Of a stretch of DNA of 64,000 nucleotides, positions 10,286-19,500 are shown piece after piece; positions within the stretch are counted from its first letter, which is position 1; every line of letters starts with the position of its first letter. A program made the translations under genes and the position numbers. Under the pieces are notes generated by a model. The model was given only the letters and a program-made list of their open reading frames with translations. It did no database searches and was not told the DNA's origin. Location of the stretch: the IMG/VR virus record IMGVR_UViG_3300045988_165550, positions 40,311-104,310 of that record; one strand, written 5' to 3'. The DNA comes from a virus.

Positions 10286-10293
10286 TATCTTTG
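10286..10293 (+). promoter_or_regulatory. Bacteroidota -7 promoter box
   Basis: TATCTTTG lies 25 nt upstream of ATG 10318. Confidence 0.5.
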
Positions 10294-10317
10294 CACTAAT
10301 AAAAATAAAAAGTCAAT

Positions 10318-11895
10318 ATGCCACAGAGAAAATCAACTATAGCAGATAATCCTATCTTAATAGGTTGTTGGGATTATGAAGCAAATAATGGATTAGATCC
10401 TCATAATATCGGAGGGTCTTACGGAAACTCTTTGCAATGGAGGTGTGCAAAATGCAATACCCCCTTTATTGCTACGGGCAAGACGGTTATATCTCGCAAT
10501 GGCATGTGTAGGAGTTGTTATCTTGAAGAGAAGAACAAATCGAGCCAGGAAAAAGAATCCTTTATTCGGTATGGGAGTTTAGCAGATGTTCCCGAAATAA
10601 TGGCTTTGTGGTGTGATGATAATCCGGACCCTCGGACGTTACACAAGACGGATAAAGTGAAAGTTAATATAAGATGTGCAGATTGTGGCAAGATTACGAG
10701 CCATCCTATAATTGATATATATCGTAATCATGCTTTCTATTGTAAGGATTGTGCAGCAAAACGACGAGCAGAAAAATATCAAGCAGCCATGATAGAGAAA
10801 ACGGGATCCTGTAAGGATTATCCTGAAATAATGGAAGTGTGGGATTTTTCTCAAAATGATCTTGACCCAAGCAAGGTCCCGTCTGGCAGCCGATATATGA
10901 TAAAATGCAAGTGTCCTATATGTGGTTCTAAGTGGAAAACGAAGGTTTTTCAAAGAAAGGGAAAGAAACCGATGTGCCGATTGTGCGCAATTAGAAGTAT
11001 GGTCCATAAAAGAGACGAGCAGAGAAATCAAGATTTTCTTGTTGACCAGCACAAATCTTTCGGTGATACGGTATATAGGTTTGTTAACTGGTGGCATCCT
11101 ACGTTAAATGGCTCTTTGACTCCGTATGATATAGCTCCAGGTTCAGGCAAGACATACTACTGGAAATGTCCGAATAATCATGTATTTTCGGCAACGGCAA
11201 GCAATATGAAGTCGAGACGTTTTTGTCCTATATGCCGACCTACGATACATTCATCTTTCATAGAAATGGCTATTGCTTTTTATCTGCGGAAAGTCATAGA
11301 TATAGACCAGTGGAAACAGATTGAAGGTACGAGGCAATCTATAGATATTTATATCCCACGACTTAAGGTTGGTATAGAGTATGATGGTGTTCGTTATCAT
11401 AATAATAGAAAGCAAATTAAAAGAGATTGCAGAAAGTCTGAAATATTGGAAAGACAAGGCGTAAGACTGATTCGGATACAGGAGTGGCAGAGTGATAGTC
11501 ATAACGACTCTACAATTTTTTATGATTACAACAAGGCTGATCTTCAAGGATTAATGAATACCTTGTGCGATATGTTGTCGATAGAAATGATCTTGGTCGA
11601 TTTAAACAAAGATACTGCTGATATATACAAACTTCTTTATCCTAAAGCTGTTCGTAATTCTATATCAGAGATTTCTCCTCAATTAGTCCCATATTGGGAC
11701 GAAGAGGCTAATGGTGGGGTAACACCTGAAAAAGTGAATGCTTATTCGGCTTTATTCTTTTATTGGCGCTGTCCTGATTGCGGAGCAACATGGACCCAAT
11801 CTCCAATAGGGATGAAAAGACGAAAAAGACTTTGCCAAGTTTGCCATCCGTATAATCATCATAAAGGCGGTAGGCGCGATGGTGAAACAGAATAG
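10318..11895 (+). CDS. multi-zinc-ribbon protein with Vsr/DUF559-like PD-(D/E)XK endonuclease core (free-standing homing-endonuclease-like)
   Basis: Five repeats of W-x-(n)-C-x2-C...C-x2-C zinc-ribbon modules (DUF4379-like). An endonuclease core, SIDIYIPRLKVGIEYDGVRYH...ILERQGVRLIRI, sits between repeats 4 and 5. Confidence 0.7.
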   Translation: MPQRKSTIADNPILIGCWDYEANNGLDPHNIGGSYGNSLQWRCAKCNTPFIATGKTVISRNGMCRSCYLEEKNKSSQEKESFIRYGSLADVPEIMALWCDDNPDPRTLHKTDKVKVNIRCADCGKITSHPIIDIYRNHAFYCKDCAAKRRAEKYQAAMIEKTGSCKDYPEIMEVWDFSQNDLDPSKVPSGSRYMIKCKCPICGSKWKTKVFQRKGKKPMCRLCAIRSMVHKRDEQRNQDFLVDQHKSFGDTVYRFVNWWHPTLNGSLTPYDIAPGSGKTYYWKCPNNHVFSATASNMKSRRFCPICRPTIHSSFIEMAIAFYLRKVIDIDQWKQIEGTRQSIDIYIPRLKVGIEYDGVRYHNNRKQIKRDCRKSEILERQGVRLIRIQEWQSDSHNDSTIFYDYNKADLQGLMNTLCDMLSIEMILVDLNKDTADIYKLLYPKAVRNSISEISPQLVPYWDEEANGGVTPEKVNAYSALFFYWRCPDCGATWTQSPIGMKRRKRLCQVCHPYNHHKGGRRDGETE

Positions 11896-11897
11896 GG

Positions 11898-11965
11898 TCC
11901 GCTAGGCGTTCCTGCTGGTTTTAAATCCGGCGGAACGCCTAACGGATATGTCAGGTCTTTTTTTT
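11898..11965. terminator. long hairpin plus T8, bidirectional terminator between convergent genes
   Basis: tccgctaggcgttcc (11898..11912) pairs with ggaacgcctaacgga (11932..11946) at 14 of 15 positions. A T8 run lies at 11958..11965. Confidence 0.6.
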
Positions 11966-11971
11966 ACAGTC

Positions 11972-12253
11972 TTAGAGAAATTTTGCGGGCTGGCAATCAT
12001 CGATTAGCTTGCGTGTTTCTTTGGCACACTCAGCCACGCATCTCTCGACTGCCTCGGTGATGTCTTGAATTTGGTTCTCACGCATATTGCCGTATTTATC
12101 GCAAGTGTCGTTTATTATTTTGTAGAGAACCTGATTTTGTAAAGCCTCCATATAATCTACGTACTCCTTGCAAGTACTGCGCCGAGGTGCTTGCACCCAT
12201 TTAAGGAAGTCCTGTTTCCAGTCTTTCCATGTTTTTATTTTTATTACTATCAT
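11972..12253 (-). CDS. hypothetical protein
   Basis: 93-aa ORF at the end of the minus-strand operon. Confidence 0.45.
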   Translation of the reverse strand: MIVIKIKTWKDWKQDFLKWVQAPRRSTCKEYVDYMEALQNQVLYKIINDTCDKYGNMRENQIQDITEAVERCVAECAKETRKLIDDCQPAKFL

Positions 12254-12259
12254 TGTTGC

Positions 12260-12583
12260 TTACATTTTAAATTGTCGTTTCAAGAACTGGTTGCTCTTTA
12301 TGAGTTCTATCATTTCTTCTTCTGAGTGTGCTCCCTCCCAGAAGAGTTCGGTATGGTCTCCGACCTTATCTTCATCTACAGAGAAAGGCACGCCATAGTT
12401 AGTATAGGTTTCGCCGTGGTGTTGAATCAGGTGACGACCTGGATTTTTCCGGATGTTTTCTATCCAGACTTCATTATCACACTCGCACCATTTATTATAC
12501 TCCTCTCCTGTCAGTGTCATATCAATACCGATAGGGTAGTGCCCGGAGCACCCATTGGTTCCGAAATAAATAATCTTTGCCAT
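12260..12583 (-). CDS. hypothetical protein
   Basis: 107-aa ORF with an ATGGCA start, 12 nt downstream of the methyltransferase stop. Confidence 0.5.
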   Translation of the reverse strand: MAKIIYFGTNGCSGHYPIGIDMTLTGEEYNKWCECDNEVWIENIRKNPGRHLIQHHGETYTNYGVPFSVDEDKVGDHTELFWEGAHSEEEMIELIKSNQFLKRQFKM

Positions 12584-12595
12584 AATTTCGCAGAT

Positions 12596-13366
12596 TTAAA
12601 ACAGGCTCGGTTGCATCATCTCTAACTTGATACGCTTGCAAGCCTTGTCGTAATATTCTTTGTTCAGCTCAAAGCCGATGAAGTTTCGCTTTTCTCTGAT
12701 GCAGGCGATGGCGGTAGTGCCGCTGCCCATGCAGTTATCAAGAACGCACCCCCCCACATTGGTATAAGTACATATCAGATAGCGGAGTAAATCTACTGGC
12801 TTCTGGGTAGGGTGGAAGGTATCGTTAGAATGTTCTTTGTCGAAGCATATAATGCTCTTTGGAAATTTTTCATCTGATACGATAGTAGGCACTTCTTTAT
12901 GATCGCCATAACAACCTCGCTTCAAACTATGAGAGCCATCTCCCCTTCGATGGTTCCTTTGATGTGGCGCACATTTTACCATTTGAGGATTGTAGACAGG
13001 TTGTTTTCGATAGAATACTGCAATATCCTCATGCGAGCGCAGAGGCATCTTGTTGGCATTCAGAAAGCCTGTTACCCGTTGTTTGCTCCAAATAAGATTA
13101 TATTTCCAGAGTTTCGGCTGTGACATCATAAGTTGTGCGGTAAACATACCTTGGCAGAAAAGAATAATCGCTGCATTGGGTTTGGTTATGCGCAGATATT
13201 CCTTCCATAATGGCTCAAGCGGGATAATACTATCCCAGCCACCGCCTTCACTCTTTTTATTGAGAACGCCATAAGGCAAATCGCAGATAATGCAATCCAC
13301 GCTTGCGTCCGGAATCTTTTTCATTCCTTCCATGCAATCCTCATTATAAATCTTATTTAACTCCAT
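12596..13366 (-). CDS. DNA methyltransferase, beta-class N6_N4 type (probably N6-adenine)
   Basis: Motif IV CDLPYG is near the N-terminus. Motif I VLDNCMGSGTTAIA and FHPTQKPVDLL are near the C-terminus, which is the IV-before-I order of the beta class. Confidence 0.85.
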   Translation of the reverse strand: MELNKIYNEDCMEGMKKIPDASVDCIICDLPYGVLNKKSEGGGWDSIIPLEPLWKEYLRITKPNAAIILFCQGMFTAQLMMSQPKLWKYNLIWSKQRVTGFLNANKMPLRSHEDIAVFYRKQPVYNPQMVKCAPHQRNHRRGDGSHSLKRGCYGDHKEVPTIVSDEKFPKSIICFDKEHSNDTFHPTQKPVDLLRYLICTYTNVGGCVLDNCMGSGTTAIACIREKRNFIGFELNKEYYDKACKRIKLEMMQPSLF

Positions 13367-13371
13367 CCTCT

Positions 13372-13406
13372 ATAAACTATAAATTATAAACTATCAACTC
13401 TTAACT
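13372..13406 (+). repeat. heptad array x5
   Basis: ataaact ataaatt ataaact atcaact cttaact. The array spans the junction between the methyltransferase start and the 3' end of the upstream gene, and encodes that gene's last residues, VDSL. Confidence 0.8.
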
Positions 13407-13623
13407 TCCCAATGTGCCATTTCGAGCAAACCTTGCACTGATAAGCCGTATATCCGGCAGCCATGATTTTAGGGTGCAGGTGCAGGAACTCGCAGGCTTC
13501 ATCCTCACTCTCGTAGGCAACCTTGGCTTTCCAACCGTGGCTGCTTTTCCTCGTCCAGTGTTCCGGATCAGGACGGAAGGGAGGTATCTTGTTGGGATGA
13601 TGATTTTCGTATCGCTTACTCAT
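13384..13623 (-). CDS. small hypothetical protein
   Basis: 79-aa ORF with a single CKVC pair; overlaps the upstream gene by 8 nt. Confidence 0.45.
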   Translation of the reverse strand: MSKRYENHHPNKIPPFRPDPEHWTRKSSHGWKAKVAYESEDEACEFLHLHPKIMAAGYTAYQCKVCSKWHIGKLRVDSL

Positions 13624-14401
13624 CGGCTGGTTCCTCCTTCATTTCTTTAGTCTGTTTGTCAGCCTCCTTCTCTTCCATCACCTCTTCCATGTAGTCGAAG
13701 TAATCAGGAGCTTTCTCCGGAGTAGCATTCAGACTCTCCTCATCGGCTATCTGCTGCATATCCTTCACCGTCAAACCGTACTTGCGAGCCATCTTGCGCT
13801 TATACTCATCGGTATAGTTGATACGGTCGTGCTTCACGATGCTTACATCCTGCGTAATGGCAATACGGCTCATATCCGGCATCTCATCCGTAGCATCCTT
13901 ATCCTCCACGAAGTTGCCATATACATTAGCCAGGGCTTGCATACCCTTATCCACCGCGCGGTCGTTGTTCTGCTGCTTGCCTGTGCGGATGAGCCATTCA
14001 GCGCTGCTCAGATACATCGCCTTGTGGCGAGGACTTTCATCGGTCTGGAAGAAACGGATAATGTGGTTGCAGACTGCCACATCATTATTCAGTTCCGTAA
14101 CCGTGCGAGGTTTGATATTTCCTTCATCGTCAATATCAATATGCAGCGCCATCACCATTTCCTGCGCCTCTTTGTTGCCCTGTCCTGCCTGGTTCACGAA
14201 GAGCGTATAGTCGCGCCGTGCGATATTGCGGCAGGTGGTACGCGGGTCTATATCGTTGTTCTGCACCCAGCGTTTGTAGAACTCAGCACAAATCTGCATG
14301 CGGTACCGCTGTTCCAGTTTGGGGAACATCGTCTCCATGCTGAGACCATTTGATAGCCACTTGTCTATCCTCTGCAGGGTGTTTTGCGTTAATTGGCTCA
14401 T
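13616..14401 (-). CDS. hypothetical protein, possible terminase small subunit
   Basis: It is the first gene of the minus-strand packaging operon, 261 aa with an acidic C-terminal tail. The TerS assignment rests on position only. Confidence 0.5.
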   Translation of the reverse strand: MSQLTQNTLQRIDKWLSNGLSMETMFPKLEQRYRMQICAEFYKRWVQNNDIDPRTTCRNIARRDYTLFVNQAGQGNKEAQEMVMALHIDIDDEGNIKPRTVTELNNDVAVCNHIIRFFQTDESPRHKAMYLSSAEWLIRTGKQQNNDRAVDKGMQALANVYGNFVEDKDATDEMPDMSRIAITQDVSIVKHDRINYTDEYKRKMARKYGLTVKDMQQIADEESLNATPEKAPDYFDYMEEVMEEKEADKQTKEMKEEPADE

Positions 14402-14441
14402 TTTGCTTTGCAGTGTTTAATGTTATTTTTATATCTGCCCA

Positions 14442-14449
14442 CAAAATTA
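14442..14449 (-). promoter_or_regulatory. Bacteroidota -7 promoter box (minus strand)
   Basis: Plus-strand caaaatta equals TAATTTTG on the minus strand, 41 nt upstream of ATG 14401. Confidence 0.45.
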
Positions 14450-14486
14450 CGAAATCTCCCCTAAATGGTTGGGACAAGGGAGAGAT

Positions 14487-14571
14487 AGTTGACAGTTGAT
14501 AGTTTATAGTTAATAGCATCCTTGCTCAAAGGCGTTAGCTTCTATAAACTATAAACTGTAAACTATAAACT
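14487..14571. repeat. composite palindromic element: 4 inverted heptads, conserved core, 4 direct heptads
   Basis: agttgac agttgat agtttat agttaat | ag catccttgctcaaaggcgttagcttct | ataaact ataaact gtaaact ataaact. It is homologous to 61967..62074. Confidence 0.85.
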
Positions 14572-14604
14572 ATATTTTGTCCCTAGCATAGGGCAAAAAT
14601 ATTC

Positions 14605-14612
14605 TACCTTTG
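14605..14612 (+). promoter_or_regulatory. Bacteroidota -7 promoter box
   Basis: TACCTTTG lies 47 nt upstream of ATG 14659. Confidence 0.5.
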
Positions 14613-14658
14613 CAATAGTATTAAGACAACATAGGATAACATTAAAAAGAAAAAAGAA

Positions 14659-15300
14659 ATGCAAAGTTTAATTCCAACTCTTACAAGGTTTTTTGCAGCC
14701 ATTATCGGCTTAGTGTGGTGTACACTGGAACCATCTCTTAACTACATCGCCGTATGCTTCTTCGCCCTTATCTGCGACTGCTACACGGCATGGCGCTGCA
14801 ACTGCCGCATCTATTCCCGCTATCGGGAGGCTATCAAGAAAGATCCTCGATGCAAAATCGACGGGAAACTGAAATCTAAGAAAATGGCAAAGATGGTGAA
14901 AGATTTCTCCGTCCTCATTCTTGCGATATTCTTGGCCACGATGGTAGATACCGTCATACTCGATTTTCAGAACCCTCTTCATCTCGCTAATTATCTTGCC
15001 GCCATTTATTGTGGTGTACAGCTCGTAAGTATTCTCGAAAACGAGAGTACCTGTAATGGGGCACCTTGGGCAAGAGTGATGCAGAAGATTGTAGCCGATA
15101 AAACCGAAAGGCACTTCAATGTGAAGCTGAAAGACTTGATGAAGGAAGAAGAAGAGGAAACTCCATCGGCTGAGAAGGCAGAGAAGGCTGAGAAGAAAGA
15201 TGAAGTAGAAGCATCATCTGATAAGAAGGATAGCGAAAGTGATGCAGATAAGGATGAATGGGTTCCGTCGAAATCTGCCGACGATGCTTACGACATATAG
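14659..15300 (+). CDS. holin-like membrane protein (phage holin family 4-like) with acidic tail
   Basis: Predicted TM segments are present. The blocks LICDCYTAW, KSKKMAKMV and VQLVSILENES resemble the Phage_holin_4 signature (D..T ... SILEN). Confidence 0.55.
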   Translation: MQSLIPTLTRFFAAIIGLVWCTLEPSLNYIAVCFFALICDCYTAWRCNCRIYSRYREAIKKDPRCKIDGKLKSKKMAKMVKDFSVLILAIFLATMVDTVILDFQNPLHLANYLAAIYCGVQLVSILENESTCNGAPWARVMQKIVADKTERHFNVKLKDLMKEEEEETPSAEKAEKAEKKDEVEASSDKKDSESDADKDEWVPSKSADDAYDI

Positions 15301-15362
15301 TGTCAATAACTCTTAATTTCTGTACGCTATCAGTTAATAATGTGTTAAAATCCCTTTGAATT

Positions 15363-15950
15363 ATGACAATATCAAATGTTTTGGAACACTGGGCTACGAT
15401 CTACAAGCCCTTATCCCATGACCCGACAAGCAAGAAGCTGGAAGAACAGAGTTTCTTCCGCATTCGTGATATTGACGAGGAAAATATCTTTTCCCGAAAC
15501 GCCAATATTATTCACTCTCCCTGTATGCTCTATCGTGTGGTTAACTCCGGAGAATTGAAATCGGATAAGCAAGCCCTGATTACTTATCAGGTCTGTTTCC
15601 TTACCAGACTGAAAGATTCCTCTGCTACGTTGGGCAGATATGATGGCAGCAAATTGCAGGCTGCATCGGATGATCTGATGGAGTATTGCGAAGACCTCGC
15701 CTCTTATCTCACTCAGCTTCGCCGCACGGGTATCTGTCCTATCACGGGCAGAAACTTCAAGACGGAAGAGCCTAAATTGGGCATAGAGTTATCATCCGTC
15801 GATATAGAGAGTTTTGCCTATGGTGTAAACCCTCTTTTCCGTGGTCCGAGCTGGCTCCTTGCTGATTGTTATTGGCAGACTATCCGTCCGCTATATAACT
15901 TCCAATGCGGGAAGGAGCAGAAATATATCATTCCTGCATCGACTAAATAG
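15363..15950 (+). CDS. hypothetical protein (tail-associated by position)
   Basis: 195-aa ORF upstream of the tape measure gene. Confidence 0.5.
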   Translation: MTISNVLEHWATIYKPLSHDPTSKKLEEQSFFRIRDIDEENIFSRNANIIHSPCMLYRVVNSGELKSDKQALITYQVCFLTRLKDSSATLGRYDGSKLQAASDDLMEYCEDLASYLTQLRRTGICPITGRNFKTEEPKLGIELSSVDIESFAYGVNPLFRGPSWLLADCYWQTIRPLYNFQCGKEQKYIIPASTK

Positions 15951-15964
15951 AAAGGAAACGGCTT

Positions 15965-16528
15965 ATGGGAATCAAGACTAAACCCATCCAATCGCCTTTT
16001 GCGCCTTTGAAAGATGTAGCCGGAATCTATCTCAAGCAGGCTTTGCTCGATATTCAGTTGAACTTCCAGAAGCAGCGTATCTACCCTACAGAGGTATATC
16101 GTGGCTACGAGAAGGTAAACCAATACCGGAGAAAGCACCACATGTGGTGGTCAAGAGGCGATGGCGCAAAATCCTTTGAGGGTACAGTATATCAGGCTAA
16201 TGAGGAGACGGGTGAACTCACCGTAGGTATTCGCTACAACGATTATCTGAAGTTCGTGGATATTGGTGTAGGTCTGACCGGAAATCCTCACGATCCAGAA
16301 GCTCATATCACGGCTGACAAGGTGGACCGAGTAAGGAAGGCGAAGTACAACACCCGATATATCAGAAAGTGGGATAGAAGGGAAGGTAAATCTCACCGTC
16401 CGGCTATCATGCGAACCATTCGCAGACTGAAAACGAGATATGAGAACCATCTTGCCGATTACTACGGCTGGCAGGCTATCATGCAGATAGCAAAGGCGCT
16501 GGAGGATGACGGAATCAAGAGAGAATAA
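15965..16528 (+). CDS. hypothetical protein (tail-associated by position)
   Basis: 187-aa ORF directly upstream of the tape measure gene. Confidence 0.5.
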   Translation: MGIKTKPIQSPFAPLKDVAGIYLKQALLDIQLNFQKQRIYPTEVYRGYEKVNQYRRKHHMWWSRGDGAKSFEGTVYQANEETGELTVGIRYNDYLKFVDIGVGLTGNPHDPEAHITADKVDRVRKAKYNTRYIRKWDRREGKSHRPAIMRTIRRLKTRYENHLADYYGWQAIMQIAKALEDDGIKRE

Positions 16529-16548
16529 TATTTTAAAAGAAAAAGATT

Positions 16549-19500
16549 ATGGCAGGTAAAATAGAATCCATCATTACGATGGACGGCAAGCAGCCTATCA
16601 AAGTGCTGCAACTCCTTCTCGATAAGGCAAAGGAGCTTACCGATCAGATGAAGCAGATGAAGCCTGGCACAGAGGAATACAAGGAGGCAGAGGCGAAAGT
16701 GAAAGCCTTGCAGTCTGCCCAGGTTCAGACCATCAAGACGACGGAGCGGCTGGAAGCTGTGGTTAATAACCTCGGTAATACTTCGCTCCGTAACCTTCGC
16801 CGTGCATTGGGTGAAGGCAAGCGCAAACTGGAAGGCCTTTCTGAAGCAGAGGAGGAAGAAGCAAAACATATCCGCTCTCTGATGAAGGAAGTAGGCGACG
16901 AGGTGCGATTGCTCGAAGGCAAGTATGTGAAGATTGAAAAAGGACTGAAGAACGTAAGGAATCAATCTGACCAATGGCTTAGTAAGGCTATTGTTCAACA
17001 GAAAGACCTCGTGGCTTCACTCGAAAAGACAGGTACTTCATATCATCACAACCTCAGTACCTTAAAGCAACTGGAGGCAGAAGAGGATAGACGCAAAGGG
17101 AAGATGGGCATATCGGAAGCTCGCCAAGCAGTAAGTGACAGCAACGCTTCTGCGTCCGATTTGCGCCGTGCCAAGGCTACGATTACAGAAGTTCGTGACA
17201 GAGTACCTATCGGTAACGCAAGTGCTATAGAAACTTATAATCGCGAACTTCAAACGATTGAAGAGCGTTTGAATGCCGTATCGGGCAAGGCTCAGAAGGC
17301 AGCGATCAGTTGGCAGCAGATGCGACAGGTTTTATCAAACCCTGGCAAGGCTTCGGGTGAGGACATTAAGCGCACAATGGACGCTATTCAGCAGAAAATT
17401 CAGCAACTCCCTGCTGGAAGCAAGGCTGTATCTGATTTACGCAGACAATATGCCCAGTTGGAGCAAACTCTGAAAGGCACTCGCCTCTCGCAAGCGCAGC
17501 TCAATGATATAGTTGCCCGCAGTAAGACTGGCAAGGCAAATATCAATGAGCTGAGACAAACTTATAAGCAGTTGGAGGAGGAACTGAATCTAATTAATAC
17601 TAAGAGCGAGGCTTTTGCAAACAGACAGAAGGAGCTGAAGAATCTCAAGAAGGTTATTGATGATGCAACGGGTGCAGCCAACAAGCAAAGCAATGCCTGG
17701 CGTACGGCATTAAAGAACCTTACGGCATACGTGGGTATGTTTGCGGTATTCAATCAGGCTAAAACTTTACTTACTGGTGTTATTCAGAAGAACCTGGATA
17801 TGTCAGACTCGCTGGCCAACATTCGTAAGGTTTCAGGCTTACTTCATCAGGATATTGACAAGATGGCGGTATCTCTGTCTAAGATTGATACCCGTACATC
17901 TGTGCAGGAACTTCAGAACATCGCTTATGCTGGTGCAAAACTCGGTATTGGTGAGTATGGACCGGAAGGACTGGAGTCGTTTGTAAAGGCCGCCAACCAG
18001 GTAAACGTGGCATTGAAGGAAGACCTCGGTGATGAAGCGCTGTCTGCACTTTCCAAGATAACTGAAGTAATGGGACTTATCCCTAAGATGGGTGTAGAAC
18101 AGAGTATGTTGAAGACGGGTAGCGCTATCTTCAAACTGGCATCTACCTCTACTGCTACGTCTGGAAAGATTATTGATTTTAGTAATCGCCTCCTCGCTAT
18201 GGGTAAGGTCGGTGCGCTTTCTACATCCGATATTCTTGCTCTTGGTGCAGCCGTAGATAGTATGGCGATTGAGCCAGAAGTAGCAAGTACTGCATTCGCA
18301 AAACTGATTACAGAGATACGAAAGGGAACATCTTCTATTGAACATGATCTTGGCTTGGCAAAGGGTACACTTTCTGAATTTCTGAAAGAGGGTAGGGGTA
18401 TTGAAGCCCTGCAGACTATATTCCATAAGATGCGTGAATCAGGCAATGTCTTTGCCCTGGATAGTCTCTTTAAGGATCTGGGTTCGGATGGCTCTCGCCT
18501 TATTAAGGTAATGGTTACGATGGCAGAAAAGGCAGATATGCTCGATAAAGCTGTAGCTACCTCTCGTAAGGCTTTCGATGAAGGTATGGCCGTAACCCAG
18601 GAGTATAACATCCAGCAGGATACTGCAAAGGGTATTCTTGAGCGTGCCAACAATATGTGGAATAAGGCATTTACAAATCCTGACGGAATTAACTCCGTAA
18701 AGCAGTTGACGATAGCCTGGTATAATCTATCTCGTGCCTTGACAACCTCCACTGCATCCCAGAAAGCTGTTTTGGGTACGATAGACCTACTTGTGCTTTC
18801 CTGCAAAACACTGATAGCATTGTTGCCTTCTCTCTTTGGCTTCTTCATTGGTAAGGGTCTCGCTATGGCAGCAGTTCAGCTTGTCAATATCAGTAAGGCT
18901 GTATGGGCTTGGGTTATTGCGCAGAAAGCTTTGAATCTGGCCATGGCATCAAATGTTTTTGGTTTGGTTCTCGGAGTTCTGTCAACGCTTTACGCTTATT
19001 TTCAAAAGAATGCCAACGCAGCGCAGGATGCAGCCAATGCCGCCGACCATTTTACAAAATCATTAAGCGGAGTAAAATCTGAAGTAGGACGTGCTACTCT
19101 TGAGCTGGACGGCTATAAGCGTGCCATCGACGGTGCTAAGAAAGGTACAAAGGAAAGACAGGCAGCTATAGATCAGTTTAATAATAAGTTCGGTTCTTAT
19201 CTTTCCAAGCTGCTTACCGAGAAGTCAACTGTAAACGACTTAAAGAAAGCCTACAATGAAGCTGCCAATGCCATTGAGCGCAAAGTGATGGCTCAGGCTG
19301 CTGAGAAGGATATTCAACAACATGTGGCACCAAAGGCTGGAAGAGAAGCGCAGTTGCTTTACAACTACGACCAGCAAGCGCAGAAAAACAAAATGGGTCA
19401 GTATGGTAGTTCCTGGCTGAAGGCTTTTGTGGATGATAATCTCGCAAAGCATGGATTGAATTACACAATCAATGAAGTTATCAGGCGTAGTGGTGTTGGC

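Noticed and set aside
17925-18848. 307-aa minus-strand ORF, plus several others at 16462..16998, 17839..18426 and 21769..22497, inside the tape measure gene
   Set aside because: They are antisense to a 2095-aa ORF with clear TMP character. Their translations are Ser/Pro/Arg-rich low complexity, typical of shadow ORFs opposite Ala/Glu/Lys-rich coiled-coil coding sequence.
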